This document shows, piece after piece, positions 18,482-28,840 of a stretch of DNA of 64,000 nucleotides (within the stretch, counting starts at the first letter, position 1; every line of letters begins with the position of its first letter). The position numbers and the translations under genes were made by a program. A model generated the notes under the pieces. It did no database searches and had not been told where the DNA came from. It saw nothing but the letters and a program-made list of their open reading frames with translations. The DNA comes from Oligoflexales bacterium. Its GTDB lineage: Bacteria; Bdellovibrionota_B; Oligoflexia; Oligoflexales; Bog-1112. The stretch is from contig JBGCEP010000043.1 in NCBI GenBank assembly GCA_045106415.1, positions 9,630-73,629 of the forward strand. The letters run 5' to 3'.

Positions 18482-20787
18482 AAGATAAAAACTGGTTCAA
18501 AGAACTTTTTCTATGTTGCCTCTTAGGTGCTATGCCTTCTTATGCAGAAAAAATTCAATCCATCATCATTCAAGGCAATGCGAAAGTTGAGCAAGACGCT
18601 ATTCTTCTTCTAATGAAAACCAAGGTAGGACAATCGATACAGCCTTCAATAGTTCAGCAAGACATCCGAGAACTGTATACTCTTGGCTATTTTTCAAACA
18701 TTCAAATCGATCAAAGGAAAACAACTCAAGGCCTAGAGCTTCGTGTCACTGTTCAAGAAAAACCTGCGATTAGTGCGATTGAATTTCAAGGCCTTGATCA
18801 ACTCACAGAGGAAGATTTAGCTGACGTCGTTCAAACTAAAGTTTTCACCATTATTCATGAATCAACCATTACAAATGACTTACAGCTCATTGAAAAGCAA
18901 TATGCCCAAAAAGGCTATTACCTTGCCTCTATCTATTACGAATTAGTTAATGACGGAAAAGATAAAGTCAAAGTCGTTTTTCATGTCCATGAAGGACAAA
19001 TTGTCAAAATTGGCTCTGTAGATATTTTAGGGAATCACAGTTTTTCCACCACACGCCTCCTAGAGAATATGCTTGGGAAACCCTCTTCTCGCTCAAGTGC
19101 TTTTGGTTCAGCCTCACTTTATCAAGAAGCTATGATTCAACGTGACGCTATGTTTCTTGATTTTTACTATCGAGACAAAGGTTACGCTGAAGTTAAAGTT
19201 GAAGACCCTCAAATTACACTCGACCCCGATCAAGCTCATGTCCGTATTGTTTATCAACTCGAAGAGGGACTGCAGTACACGATCGATCAAATCGAATTTC
19301 AAGGAGATCTTTTATACCCTAAAGAAGAACTTCTTGAGTGGATGCAATTAAAATCCAATGACATTTTTTCTCACTCCAAGTTTATTCAAGACATTGAAAT
19401 GCTCAAAGATAAATACGGTGATTTTGGTTTTGCATATGCAGACATCAATCCCATCCCACAGTTTGATAGAAAAAACTCAACTGTTAAGTTGAAATACAAT
19501 ATCTCTAAAGGTGAAAAAGTATATTTTGGTCGCATGAAAATCACAGGAAATACGAAAACTCGGGACAACGTCATTCGTCGTGAGCTTAAAATTCACGACA
19601 GCGAACTATACAGTGGAACGAAACTCACGGAATCACGCCAAAACATACAACGCCTAGGGTTTTTCGAACAAGTCAAAGTCTTAAGAGAAAGAGACCACAA
19701 CGACACTCAAAAACTCAACCTTAACTTTAAAGTTGAAGAAAAAAGAACAGGCCAACTTAATTTATCCCTTGGGTATAATCCGGCCTCTGGCGGCAATCAA
19801 GCGAATTTATTTGGGACAGGAACCTACGAAGAAAAAAATCAATTTGGGCGAGGATGGGCCGCCTCTGTAAAAGCTGAAACAGATGGCAAAAAGAAGAAAA
19901 AAATAAGCCTCGGATTTGCAAACCCCCGTGTTTACGACTCACACTGGTCTACACGTTTTAACCTTGCACTTGATCAAAGTACAATACGACCTCAAGACAA
20001 AGAAATTCTCCAACACACCCGGAGCGGAAGCACCCAGGTTGGCCGAACCGTGTTAGATCTTGCTCACCTTTCTTTTGGTTATGAATACCGCATTAAAACT
20101 AACCCTGAAAAAGTCTTTATTCTTGACCAATTCAATGTCTTCGGAACTTGGTCAAGCCTATGGAGCGAACTTCATCATCAAAGTTTAGATAACAACCTTG
20201 ACCCCAACTCAGGGCTCGACATTGCTTTACGCCACACTCTCACAGGTGGACCTATTGGAGGTGACTTCCAATATATGGAAACAAAGCTCGTCAGTAAATA
20301 CTACATCCCTGTGCGCTTCACAGAGTCTTTTATTAACGTATTCCGCATTCATATGACGATAGGGCGCCTATGGTCATTTGAGGGAGAACCTTTACCTGCC
20401 GCTGCTCGTTATAAACTAGGCGGCCAAGATGACATGCGTGGATTTAATATTCAGAGCATTGGGCCTACTTACCAAATCCTTAGAGCACCAGGCGGTCCGA
20501 GTAGTTCTATTGTAGCTGGCGGAGACAAACACATTCTATTTCAATTTGAATACTTCATTCCACTCTTACCAGAGGCTGGGATTAAATCATTTTTCTTTGC
20601 TGACGTTGGACAGGTGTTTGCAAATCATCAACAATATAGCTTGAATTGGGAAAGCTATTACAAAGATATAGGTTTTGGGTTTCGTTGGATGACTCCAATT
20701 GGCCCCATGCGATTTGAATGGGCATATCCAATCCAAAACGATGGTCGTATTGGTGGAGCTGTTCCTATTATTAAAATTGGTATTTAA
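18478..20787 (+). CDS. bamA: outer membrane protein assembly factor BamA
   Basis: POTRA repeats (I.I.GN..., GNTKTRDNVIRRE), MRGF (VRGF-like) loop, GFGFRWMTPIGPMRFEWAYP. Confidence 0.95.
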   Translation: MKDKNWFKELFLCCLLGAMPSYAEKIQSIIIQGNAKVEQDAILLLMKTKVGQSIQPSIVQQDIRELYTLGYFSNIQIDQRKTTQGLELRVTVQEKPAISAIEFQGLDQLTEEDLADVVQTKVFTIIHESTITNDLQLIEKQYAQKGYYLASIYYELVNDGKDKVKVVFHVHEGQIVKIGSVDILGNHSFSTTRLLENMLGKPSSRSSAFGSASLYQEAMIQRDAMFLDFYYRDKGYAEVKVEDPQITLDPDQAHVRIVYQLEEGLQYTIDQIEFQGDLLYPKEELLEWMQLKSNDIFSHSKFIQDIEMLKDKYGDFGFAYADINPIPQFDRKNSTVKLKYNISKGEKVYFGRMKITGNTKTRDNVIRRELKIHDSELYSGTKLTESRQNIQRLGFFEQVKVLRERDHNDTQKLNLNFKVEEKRTGQLNLSLGYNPASGGNQANLFGTGTYEEKNQFGRGWAASVKAETDGKKKKKISLGFANPRVYDSHWSTRFNLALDQSTIRPQDKEILQHTRSGSTQVGRTVLDLAHLSFGYEYRIKTNPEKVFILDQFNVFGTWSSLWSELHHQSLDNNLDPNSGLDIALRHTLTGGPIGGDFQYMETKLVSKYYIPVRFTESFINVFRIHMTIGRLWSFEGEPLPAAARYKLGGQDDMRGFNIQSIGPTYQILRAPGGPSSSIVAGGDKHILFQFEYFIPLLPEAGIKSFFFADVGQVFANHQQYSLNWESYYKDIGFGFRWMTPIGPMRFEWAYPIQNDGRIGGAVPIIKIGI

Positions 20788-20796
20788 GGAGAAAAC

Positions 20797-21357
20797 ATGC
20801 GTCTTAACAGAAAAACTTGCAAAACCCTTTTGTCAGCTCTTGCTCTCAGCCTCTCTTTCCAGGCACAAGCAACAACCCCTAAAACTGGCTATGTCAGCAT
20901 GGGCCGGCTGATTCAAACCTCTACAGAAGGCAAGCAAGCACTCGCAGATCTGCAACAAGTCATCTCTCAGAAACAAGCAGATCTAGCCGAACAAAGAAAA
21001 GGCATCGAAGGCATGTTTCGCGAATGGGAAGAAAAACAAGCTCTTTTAAGCGAAGAAGCAAAAAAATCTGAAGAACGCGCTTTCCAAGAAAAAGTACAAA
21101 GAAAAGCCATGGAAATGAAACAAGCAGAAATGATGATTTCTGAAGAAGTTCAACAACGTCAAAGAGAAATTGCAGAAAAAATGCGCCAAAAATTAGAAAG
21201 TATGCTTGCTCTCACAGAGCAAGGCCGCAATCTAGACTTTGTCATTGACCCAGATACAGGTGCCATTCTATATGCAAAAAACGCTTCTTCATTAACAGAT
21301 GCAATGATCGATCAGTACAATAAAAACTTTAAGCTCGCTCAGACTAAAGGAAAATAA
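20797..21357 (+). CDS. skp: periplasmic chaperone Skp/OmpH
   Basis: Signal peptide, GYV.M..L...S.EGK, long coiled coil, ILYA....LTD; follows bamA. Confidence 0.85.
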   Translation: MRLNRKTCKTLLSALALSLSFQAQATTPKTGYVSMGRLIQTSTEGKQALADLQQVISQKQADLAEQRKGIEGMFREWEEKQALLSEEAKKSEERAFQEKVQRKAMEMKQAEMMISEEVQQRQREIAEKMRQKLESMLALTEQGRNLDFVIDPDTGAILYAKNASSLTDAMIDQYNKNFKLAQTKGK

Positions 21358-21794
21358 TGACTGTCGTGACTTTGCCACTAAATCGGCTTGATATTCAAAA
21401 ATGGATTCCTCATCGAGAACCCATGCTGATGCTTGATCGCATTACAGAATATCATTCAGGTCACAGCATTACCGCAGAAAAAATTTTCTACAACGAAGAC
21501 CCTGTTGCAAAGGGCCACTTCCCCGATCATCCAGTTTTTCCAGGTGTTTTAATGATTGAGGGAATGGCTCAGGCTTCTGCTGTTTTTGGAGCTTTTGAAA
21601 TGGATGGATTCAAAGAATGTTTACTTGCACAGGTGAAATCTGCTCGCTTTCGCAGACCTGTCACACCTGAAGAAACGATTGTTTATCAGGTTGAATTTAA
21701 AAAGCGTCGTCAAGATTTTAGTTGGTTTTTTGGTCGTGCAACAGTTGGCTCAACAACTGTTGCTGAGGTAGAATTTTCTGCACTGATTCGTTAA
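21357..21794 (+). CDS. fabZ: 3-hydroxyacyl-ACP dehydratase FabZ
   Basis: IPHREPMLMLDRI, GHFPDHPVFPGVLMIEGMAQ, ARFRRPVTP. Confidence 0.95.
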   Translation: MTVVTLPLNRLDIQKWIPHREPMLMLDRITEYHSGHSITAEKIFYNEDPVAKGHFPDHPVFPGVLMIEGMAQASAVFGAFEMDGFKECLLAQVKSARFRRPVTPEETIVYQVEFKKRRQDFSWFFGRATVGSTTVAEVEFSALIR

Positions 21795-21808
21795 ACGGAG
21801 AGACATCT

Positions 21809-22642
21809 ATGACAATGACAGAAACACGAGTCCACCCCAGCGCAGTCGTTGATCCTAAAGCAGAGCTCGGAACAGGTGTCCAAATTGGCCCAGGGTGCGT
21901 CATCGGCCCTGACGTCACCATTGGTGACAACACACGCCTTGATTCTTATGTCATTGTTTCTGGCAATGTTCAAATTGGCCAATCCAATCATATTTATTCT
22001 TTTGCAACTCTCGGTTCAGACCCACAAGATTTAAAATACAAAGGAGAACCGACCTCTCTTATTTGCGGAGACCACAACCTCATCCGCGAATATGCCAATC
22101 TTTCTCTAGGCACGATACAAGGTGGCGGGGTTACAGAAGTGGGTAGTCATAATTTATTCATGGTTCATACTCACATTGCTCATGATTGTAAAATTGGCAG
22201 TCACTGTATTTTCGCAAATTCGGTCTCCCTGGGTGGGCACATAGAAGTATGCGACCATGTCGTTATGGGTGGACACGTTGGAGCTCATCAATTCGTACGC
22301 GTCGGCGAACACGCTATGGTTGGTGGTATGTCAGCACTCACTCAAGATGTCCCTCCTTTTTTCACAGTCCAAGGAAATCACGCTTCACCGTGCGGCCTTA
22401 ATATCGTCGGTCTTCGAAGATCAGGTTTTGATTCTCGCAGAATTCAATGCATTAAAGACATGTACAAAACTCTCTACCGTTCCAACTTAACTATGGATGA
22501 GGCGTGTCAAAAAATATCGCAACAGTTTGAAGATGAAGACGATGCAAAAACACTTACAAGTTTTCTGAGTCAATCTACTCGCGGAATATGTCGACCTTCC
22601 ATTCGTTCTCAGCCTCGCCGAGAAGGTGCGATGCATGCCTAG
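21809..22642 (+). CDS. lpxA: UDP-N-acetylglucosamine acyltransferase LpxA
   Basis: VHPSAVVDP, hexapeptide repeats, PQDLKYKGE, HIAHDC, HQFVRVG, GLNIVGLRR. Confidence 0.97.
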   Translation: MTMTETRVHPSAVVDPKAELGTGVQIGPGCVIGPDVTIGDNTRLDSYVIVSGNVQIGQSNHIYSFATLGSDPQDLKYKGEPTSLICGDHNLIREYANLSLGTIQGGGVTEVGSHNLFMVHTHIAHDCKIGSHCIFANSVSLGGHIEVCDHVVMGGHVGAHQFVRVGEHAMVGGMSALTQDVPPFFTVQGNHASPCGLNIVGLRRSGFDSRRIQCIKDMYKTLYRSNLTMDEACQKISQQFEDEDDAKTLTSFLSQSTRGICRPSIRSQPRREGAMHA

Positions 22643-23759
22643 AACATCTCCTGAAATCTTCCTTTCCGCCGGGGAGGTTTCCGGGGATCGACTCGCCTCT
22701 GAACTCATCTTGCAGCTCAAAAAAAATGGTTTTCAACATTTTTATGGCGTCACTGGGGAGTTCATGAGAAGGCTCGGCGTCAAGACTCTCATCCCACAGG
22801 AAAAATTTCGAGTCATGGGCCTTTTTCAAGTTTTATTAAAGGCTTGTTCCATTTATCAAATAGAACAACAGCTCATACATCATATTCAAAAAAAACGCCC
22901 TGATCTTGTCATTCTTATTGACTTCCCAGGCCTTCATCTTCGCCTTGCAAAACAGTGCCGCGACCTTAATATTCCTGTCTTTCAGTATGTATCACCAAAA
23001 GTCTGGGCTTGGGGAAAAAAACGAATTCGCAACTTAGAGAACGACTACCTAAAGGTTCTCGGTGTTTTACCTTTTGAAATCGATTTCTTTCAAAACACGA
23101 GAGTTCCTTATATCTTCGTAGGAAGCCCTCACTTAAAAAGAATTGATGACAACGAAACTCAACACTCACCGAACACAATCACTTCACCTTGTCTAGCTAT
23201 TCTGTTAGGAAGTCGTCGTGATGAAATCACACGCATGCTACCCATTGTTCACAACACTCTCAAATACTTACTTTCTCATATTCCAGATCTTAGGATCACA
23301 ATCCCTATTGCCGCAAATGAGTTTGAAAATGATATAAAAAAGGGATTACAAGAGTATCCACAAATCACCTTTTTTAACGGTCAAAGCTTAGGTGTCATGA
23401 AAAATGCGCATGCTGCACTTGTTAACTCAGGTACCGCTACGCTTGAATGCGCATTAGTTGGAACTCCGATGGTTGTTTGCTACCGAATGGACCGTTTGAC
23501 ACACTGGGTGGCTTCAAAATTCATTCAAGTCAAATGGGCAAGCCTAGTGAATCTTATTCTACAAAAAACTGCAGTCCCTGAGTTTATTCAAAATTTTTCC
23601 AATAAAGAACTTGCCTATACTCTCCAACAACTTTTAAATCCTGAATCTTCTGAAGCACAAGCACAAATAAAATCATTCATAGAACTTCGCAAACGCCTCT
23701 CTCCTCCAACATCTGGAGATGCGGCTACTATCATCACTGATTTTCTACAAAGACATTAA
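22626..23759 (+). CDS. lpxB: lipid A disaccharide synthase LpxB
   Basis: AGEVSGD, ILIDFPG, YVSPKVWAW, LGSRRDEI, SGTATLE, VPEFIQ. Confidence 0.95.
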   Translation: MRCMPRTSPEIFLSAGEVSGDRLASELILQLKKNGFQHFYGVTGEFMRRLGVKTLIPQEKFRVMGLFQVLLKACSIYQIEQQLIHHIQKKRPDLVILIDFPGLHLRLAKQCRDLNIPVFQYVSPKVWAWGKKRIRNLENDYLKVLGVLPFEIDFFQNTRVPYIFVGSPHLKRIDDNETQHSPNTITSPCLAILLGSRRDEITRMLPIVHNTLKYLLSHIPDLRITIPIAANEFENDIKKGLQEYPQITFFNGQSLGVMKNAHAALVNSGTATLECALVGTPMVVCYRMDRLTHWVASKFIQVKWASLVNLILQKTAVPEFIQNFSNKELAYTLQQLLNPESSEAQAQIKSFIELRKRLSPPTSGDAATIITDFLQRH

Positions 23760-23761
23760 CC

Positions 23762-25507
23762 ATGCAAGATCCAGTATTAAAACTTTTATTTAAATTACTC
23801 TCCCAACAAAAAAAGACTATTCTATTCTCATTTTTTTGTTTGCTCTGGATGGCTTTAGGCCATGGAGCGCTTCTCACTCTTATGGGACCTTTTGTTCAAA
23901 GCCTCACAGGGCAGAACTCTGAAGTTCCCGCGTGGACACAGTGGCTTTTTAAAAACCAAAAAACATCTTGGTCTCTTCAAATTCCTTTCGCACTCATTTT
24001 CGCCGGAATCATTAAGTCTACAGGAAGCTATGGTTATCAATGGCTCTCATCAAGCATTGCCATACAGACAACATCCCTTTATCGCACACAATTATTCAAA
24101 GGGCTTCTTTCCTGTGATTTTGAGGACATTCAAAAAAAATCGCCCGGGACATGGATGTCGATTCTTATGACAGATGCACAAGTTTTACAAAAACAGGTTG
24201 TTGAGTCTTTAAGCGCCAGTGTTCGAGATTCAATCTTAATTTTAGCTTCATGGACAACGCTTGCATATGTCCATCCAGCATCAGCTTTATCACTTCTTCT
24301 CATAGGCCCTATTTTGGCTTCTATCATGGGAGTTGTAGGAAATAAAATTAGTTATTTTGCCGATAATTACCAAAGATTGATGAGTGAACTTGCAGCTATT
24401 TTTTTTGATCAACGCCAGCGTTTCGACATGATTCGCTCTCAACACGCAGAACAAAATGAGCTCAAAAGGTTTCATAATAAAAACATGCAGCATTTTCATT
24501 ATGTCAAAAAAAGTATTTTCATTCGTGCATCATTTGCACCAGTTTTAGAGTGGTTTGGATTTGGTATTTTTGCAGGATGGATTTGGTATATTCAATCATC
24601 AAAAAACCCTCCTCTTCAAGGACAGGATCTTGTTCTTTTTTTTGCAGCCCTTGGATCTATGCTAAGACCTCTAAAAGGCCTAGGAGAACAGGTAGGAAAA
24701 ATCCAGGAAGTAAGAGGTGTCTTAAGCCATGGCCGCTCTCTCATTACGCAAAAAGAAACGTTAAAAACGAAACCAGTAAAAAGCACTGTTTTCCCTACTC
24801 ACATTACTTCTATAACTTTAGAACGTCTGCAATTTTCTCTCAAACTTCAAGATTTAAAGCTCTCACCACGTACAGTCGCAGTTATCGGGCGAAGTGGATC
24901 TGGAAAATCAACATTTGCTCGCATATTAGCACACCTCATCAAACCCACATTATGGGATTCTCAGCTTTTATGGGAAGATTTTTGCACACAAGTCACAATG
25001 GTGAGTCAAAAGCCATTTTTATTTCAAGGTTCACTTTATGAAAACCTGATCTATGGCTTGAATTATACTCCTTCTCAAGAAGACATGGATCACGTTCTTT
25101 GGGTTGTTGATATGAAAGATCACATTGATTCCCTTGCCGATGGCCTTCAAACCTATATTACAGCACTGAGTACAAATTTCTCAGGAGGACAAAAACAAAG
25201 GCTCACACTCGCTCGCGGACTTCTCAGCCGGACGCCTATTCTTATTGTGGATGAAGTCACTTCATCGCTTGATCAAAAGTGTGAAAATCTTGTTATTTCT
25301 AGACTGATTCAAACTTGTCAAAATCGCAAACAACTCCTGATCGCTATTACACATCGCCTTTCTTGGCTGCACCAAGTAGACGATGTTTGGTGGATGGAAA
25401 ATGGAACAATACGCCAAAAAGGGCCCCATTATGATCTTCAAGGGAATTCATCTTATTGTGAATTTATTCAAGATACAGATAGAAAAACACATTTGGCAAT
25501 CACGTAA
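23762..25507 (+). CDS. msbA: ABC exporter, MsbA-like lipid A flippase
   Basis: TM domain plus NBD (GRSGSGKST, FSGGQKQRL, IVDEVTSSLD, ITHRL); between lpxB and lpxK. Confidence 0.8.
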   Translation: MQDPVLKLLFKLLSQQKKTILFSFFCLLWMALGHGALLTLMGPFVQSLTGQNSEVPAWTQWLFKNQKTSWSLQIPFALIFAGIIKSTGSYGYQWLSSSIAIQTTSLYRTQLFKGLLSCDFEDIQKKSPGTWMSILMTDAQVLQKQVVESLSASVRDSILILASWTTLAYVHPASALSLLLIGPILASIMGVVGNKISYFADNYQRLMSELAAIFFDQRQRFDMIRSQHAEQNELKRFHNKNMQHFHYVKKSIFIRASFAPVLEWFGFGIFAGWIWYIQSSKNPPLQGQDLVLFFAALGSMLRPLKGLGEQVGKIQEVRGVLSHGRSLITQKETLKTKPVKSTVFPTHITSITLERLQFSLKLQDLKLSPRTVAVIGRSGSGKSTFARILAHLIKPTLWDSQLLWEDFCTQVTMVSQKPFLFQGSLYENLIYGLNYTPSQEDMDHVLWVVDMKDHIDSLADGLQTYITALSTNFSGGQKQRLTLARGLLSRTPILIVDEVTSSLDQKCENLVISRLIQTCQNRKQLLIAITHRLSWLHQVDDVWWMENGTIRQKGPHYDLQGNSSYCEFIQDTDRKTHLAIT

Positions 25508-26522
25508 AGAACAAAATTTAGCTCTACAAATATTCACATACCCTCTAAGCTTGCTATATGAGAATATTTTAAATATCAGACGATTTGCTTATAAATATAA
25601 GCTTATCTCAACACACAAATTACCTGGAATAACGATATCTATTGGTAATTTAGTTGTTGGAGGTTCTGGGAAATCTCCAACAGCAATATGGCTTGCTCAA
25701 GAACTCCAAAAAAAAGGTTTGAACATTGTTGTTCTTAGCCGAGGCTATGGATCTAAAATACAAAAAAAAGAATACCTTTGGTTTTCTCAGGGTAAGATAA
25801 AAAGAGCTCGCAACCGTCTTAAACTCAATTGCGATGAACCGTTAATGATTTCAGAACAAGCGAAAACCAATGTTATTGTTGGTATCAACCGAAAAAAGGC
25901 AGCCGAGTGGTTTTGTTCTTTTCATAAAACACCAGACATTTGGATTTTAGACGATGGTTTTCAACATCTAAAGCTCGAACAAGACCTCCGATTTGTTCTT
26001 ATTGATGGAGAACAAGAATTTGGAAATAAGCAGCTTTTACCTTCAGGTCCTTTGCGAGAACCTTTAACTGCACTTAAAAGAGCAACTCACCTTTTTATGA
26101 GCCGCGCAAATAACTTTGAGACTACTACTTGGAATGATCAAAACATTACACCCATCTGCTCTGATATTGAAATCAAACCTTATCAACTAACCCATCTTGA
26201 TAAAAATTTCAAAAATCCTCTTATCGCCTCAGGCATTGCAAGACCAGAGCGTTTTTTAAATCAAGTTTTAGACAAAGAAAAGTTTCAGAAATACCGTTCT
26301 TATTTTGTGGCTGATCATAGCCGTTTTGACAAGCATTTTCTTATTGAAACATCCAGTCAACATTCTTGCGTAATCACTACCTGGAAAGATTTTTATCGTG
26401 ATAAATCATGCTTTCAACAACTCAACGCACCTTTATACATCGCAGACCTCATATGGGAAGTCTCACCTCAAAAAAAAGATGGGATCATTTCAGAAATCAT
26501 AAAACACACAACTCATCACTGA
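25458..26522 (+). CDS. lpxK: tetraacyldisaccharide 4'-kinase LpxK
   Basis: ISIGNLVVGGSGKSP, LSRGYG, DEP, ILDDGFQH, LLPSGPLREP, GIARP, DH, TTWKD; start set at GTG 25458 (ORF open from 25383). Confidence 0.95.
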   Translation: MNLFKIQIEKHIWQSRKEQNLALQIFTYPLSLLYENILNIRRFAYKYKLISTHKLPGITISIGNLVVGGSGKSPTAIWLAQELQKKGLNIVVLSRGYGSKIQKKEYLWFSQGKIKRARNRLKLNCDEPLMISEQAKTNVIVGINRKKAAEWFCSFHKTPDIWILDDGFQHLKLEQDLRFVLIDGEQEFGNKQLLPSGPLREPLTALKRATHLFMSRANNFETTTWNDQNITPICSDIEIKPYQLTHLDKNFKNPLIASGIARPERFLNQVLDKEKFQKYRSYFVADHSRFDKHFLIETSSQHSCVITTWKDFYRDKSCFQQLNAPLYIADLIWEVSPQKKDGIISEIIKHTTHH

Positions 26523-26644
26523 ATTTTATTTCTTACGCCATTAATAGACTTAGGTATAAAATTCAGATGCAAATAATAATTGATCATGAGGCATGTTATC
26601 TGTAGTTGATATCCATTACAAACGTATGATATCGATAACTCTAC

Positions 26645-27595
26645 TTACTCTTCAACTTTCGCCCACTGAAGATCTTCTATAACTTTACGCTCTCCTTTAT
26701 CTAAAAAGATTGCTTCAACACTATCAAAGGTCTCACCGTTTTCTTGGTAGACACGCAAGCTCCAGAGTCCAGGTGGCAAGAAATGAAATCCAAATTTACC
26801 GTCTTCCTTTAATCTTGATCCCGCAAAGCCTTGATCACACAACCTTCGCTCAACCCCTAGAGGACGACCTCTTTTTCTCGAAGAAGGTTTTCTCGCTTTT
26901 CTTTTAAAATCTTTTACGCGAGGATTCAAATTTTCACTAAAATCCTTCTCTATATCTGCATTTATTAATGATAAATTTGTATCATCCCGATACGCACAGA
27001 CGTATCCTTTTTCAAGACCTTCTTTAAAAACACCTTGAATAGATGAGGCGCGCTTCTTATGAATAGCTGAAATAATAGGATCAAAAACATAGCTGCCATC
27101 TTTTTCTTGAAGCGAACTAAATAGATCCATATGCAGAATAAAGGTGCCTCCTTCTGTCACCTCTAGAGCTTCTTCAATAAAAAGTGAGTCCGTGTCTTCT
27201 TCTGTAATTCTAGGGATAAATTCTTCCCCTGATTTCAGAAAACGCACTGGCTTTTCTCTGGAGAAATTAATAACATATCCTGTATAATTTCCTTTTGGTA
27301 TAAGAGAGTTTTCTACAATTTCCTCTGTCAAACCGTCGCTCAATGACAATATATCTATAGGTTGTAAACCTTTTTCATTTAGCGCCAGATAAATCTCACG
27401 TCCATCTTCATGGACCATAGTCATCGATGTCATCGTAATAAAAATATTTTCAATGTCATCCAAAGGTCCATCAGCAATCTCAATAGAAACCGCTAAAGAT
27501 TCTTCATCTCCACCCCCTACATGAGGATTGCCAATTTCAACACCACCACAACGGAGAAGAAAGAATGTATAGATTAAGATCCAGGACGTTTTCAT
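26645..27595 (-). CDS. DUF4382-like lipoprotein
   Basis: Lipobox-like FLLRC followed by GGVEIGNP; IADGPLDD.ENIFIT, IDILSL.DG, IPKGNY, MDL..SL pattern; C-terminal FGFHFLPPG.W.L beta module. Confidence 0.7.
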   Translation of the reverse strand: MKTSWILIYTFFLLRCGGVEIGNPHVGGGDEESLAVSIEIADGPLDDIENIFITMTSMTMVHEDGREIYLALNEKGLQPIDILSLSDGLTEEIVENSLIPKGNYTGYVINFSREKPVRFLKSGEEFIPRITEEDTDSLFIEEALEVTEGGTFILHMDLFSSLQEKDGSYVFDPIISAIHKKRASSIQGVFKEGLEKGYVCAYRDDTNLSLINADIEKDFSENLNPRVKDFKRKARKPSSRKRGRPLGVERRLCDQGFAGSRLKEDGKFGFHFLPPGLWSLRVYQENGETFDSVEAIFLDKGERKVIEDLQWAKVEE

Positions 27596-28473
27596 TCGTC
27601 ACCTCCAGAGACAATATCAGTATGAGTTAATGGGAAAAGCTGAATATTCACTTGCACAATATCGTCTGAATGATCACAGCGATCTGCGTACTCCATGACT
27701 TTCTGACGAAACTCAGCTGTTAAGTCTTTCAAATCTTTCATTGATCCTTTAGGAACACTCACTGTCACCGAAGTAATATCTCTTAAACTTGGCTTTTCTT
27801 GAGATAAAGACTGACTTGCTAGGTGAATCATCGTTTGGTGATAACTCTGAACAGCCATCCCCCTGATTTCTCGCCCTGTTGAAAAACGATCTCGTGTAGG
27901 ATACAAGCGTAATTTTTCTTCATCATAAGATATCCATTGCAAACTCTCTAACAACTCAAGAGAAGCCTGAACCTTTGAAACAGGCACCCTAGGTTTTAAG
28001 ACCGAAGCAATCCACTCTGGCTCATCTTTTACTCCATCAAGCCTCAGGAGCTCTAATATCGTCAAATGGTACCACTCTGAAAAGATGTTTAAATTTTTCT
28101 TATCCCAGTGAGCACTTAAGCACCTCGATTTTAAATCTAGAAGACGACTCAAAGCTTCTTCTCTCTCTGCCGAGCTTTTAGCGTGCTGATAAACAACCAA
28201 CTGCAGAAAATACTTTCGATTGTTACCCTTCATATTTAAAGAGTCCGCTAACTTTTTAGCGTTTTTAAAACTCAAAGGGCGCGCAGAAATGACCACTTGA
28301 TAAACAGTGTTGTTACGACCTAAGCCGCACAACTCAGTAAAATCAAGCCACGACATTTTTTTAACACTTTTCTTTAAAACACGATGGAAATCTTGGATAA
28401 AGATACGATAGTCCATATAGCTAGCGGCATAAACGGTATGATGTGTTTCTTCTATATCCGACTTAGTTACCAT
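27592..28473 (-). CDS. TIGR02147-family (HTH + DUF4423-like) putative regulator
   Basis: Y.DYR.FIQD, HTH-like N-terminus, YF..LV.Y, FSEWYHLTILELL, WIA..L.P, YHQTMI.LA, RDITSVT, VQVNIQLFPLT. Confidence 0.85.
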   Translation of the reverse strand: MVTKSDIEETHHTVYAASYMDYRIFIQDFHRVLKKSVKKMSWLDFTELCGLGRNNTVYQVVISARPLSFKNAKKLADSLNMKGNNRKYFLQLVVYQHAKSSAEREEALSRLLDLKSRCLSAHWDKKNLNIFSEWYHLTILELLRLDGVKDEPEWIASVLKPRVPVSKVQASLELLESLQWISYDEEKLRLYPTRDRFSTGREIRGMAVQSYHQTMIHLASQSLSQEKPSLRDITSVTVSVPKGSMKDLKDLTAEFRQKVMEYADRCDHSDDIVQVNIQLFPLTHTDIVSGGDE

Positions 28474-28494
28474 ACAGCCTCCCTTCACATTCTA

Positions 28495-28523
28495 TTATCG
28501 GCATAATTATGGATAAGATTTAG
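28495..28523 (-). promoter_or_regulatory. sigma28 (FliA)-like promoter
   Basis: CTAAA-N16-GCCGATAA, 21 nt upstream of the ATG at 28473. Confidence 0.65.
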
Positions 28524-28621
28524 TTTTTAAAAATCTATATATACAAGCACTTATCTCTTTATCTTAATTTTTTTAACAAAAAAGATGGATTTAAAAATCA
28601 AAAGAAAGACACGAAACATTA

Positions 28622-28634
28622 TAACCAATTGATT
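28622..28634 (-). promoter_or_regulatory. IHF-consensus site
   Basis: AATCAATTGGTTA matches WATCAANNNNTTR, in the middle of the divergent promoter region. Confidence 0.4.
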
Positions 28635-28754
28635 TTAAATAAAAAATTATAACATAGGATTATAGCTCGTTTTAAAATCGTTACAAAAAAATCGCTAATA
28701 TTATATCAGCATAACATTCAAATATCTGTTTTTATAAAAGATTAAAACTTTTTA

Positions 28755-28783
28755 CTAATGCAAATAATATGAAGTTCCGATAA
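28755..28783 (+). promoter_or_regulatory. sigma28-like promoter
   Basis: CTAATG-N15-TCCGATAA upstream of the lipoprotein gene. Confidence 0.55.
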
Positions 28784-28840
28784 GAGCATCAGTTGTCAAT
28801 GACGGCAACAAAAAACATTTTTTCAGAAAAAGGAATAACT

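Noticed and set aside
26519..26566. 11-bp inverted repeat CTGAATTTTAT/ATAAAATTCAG as a MITE
   Set aside because: Single copy, AT-rich, no target duplication, and between convergent genes, so more likely terminator-like or chance.
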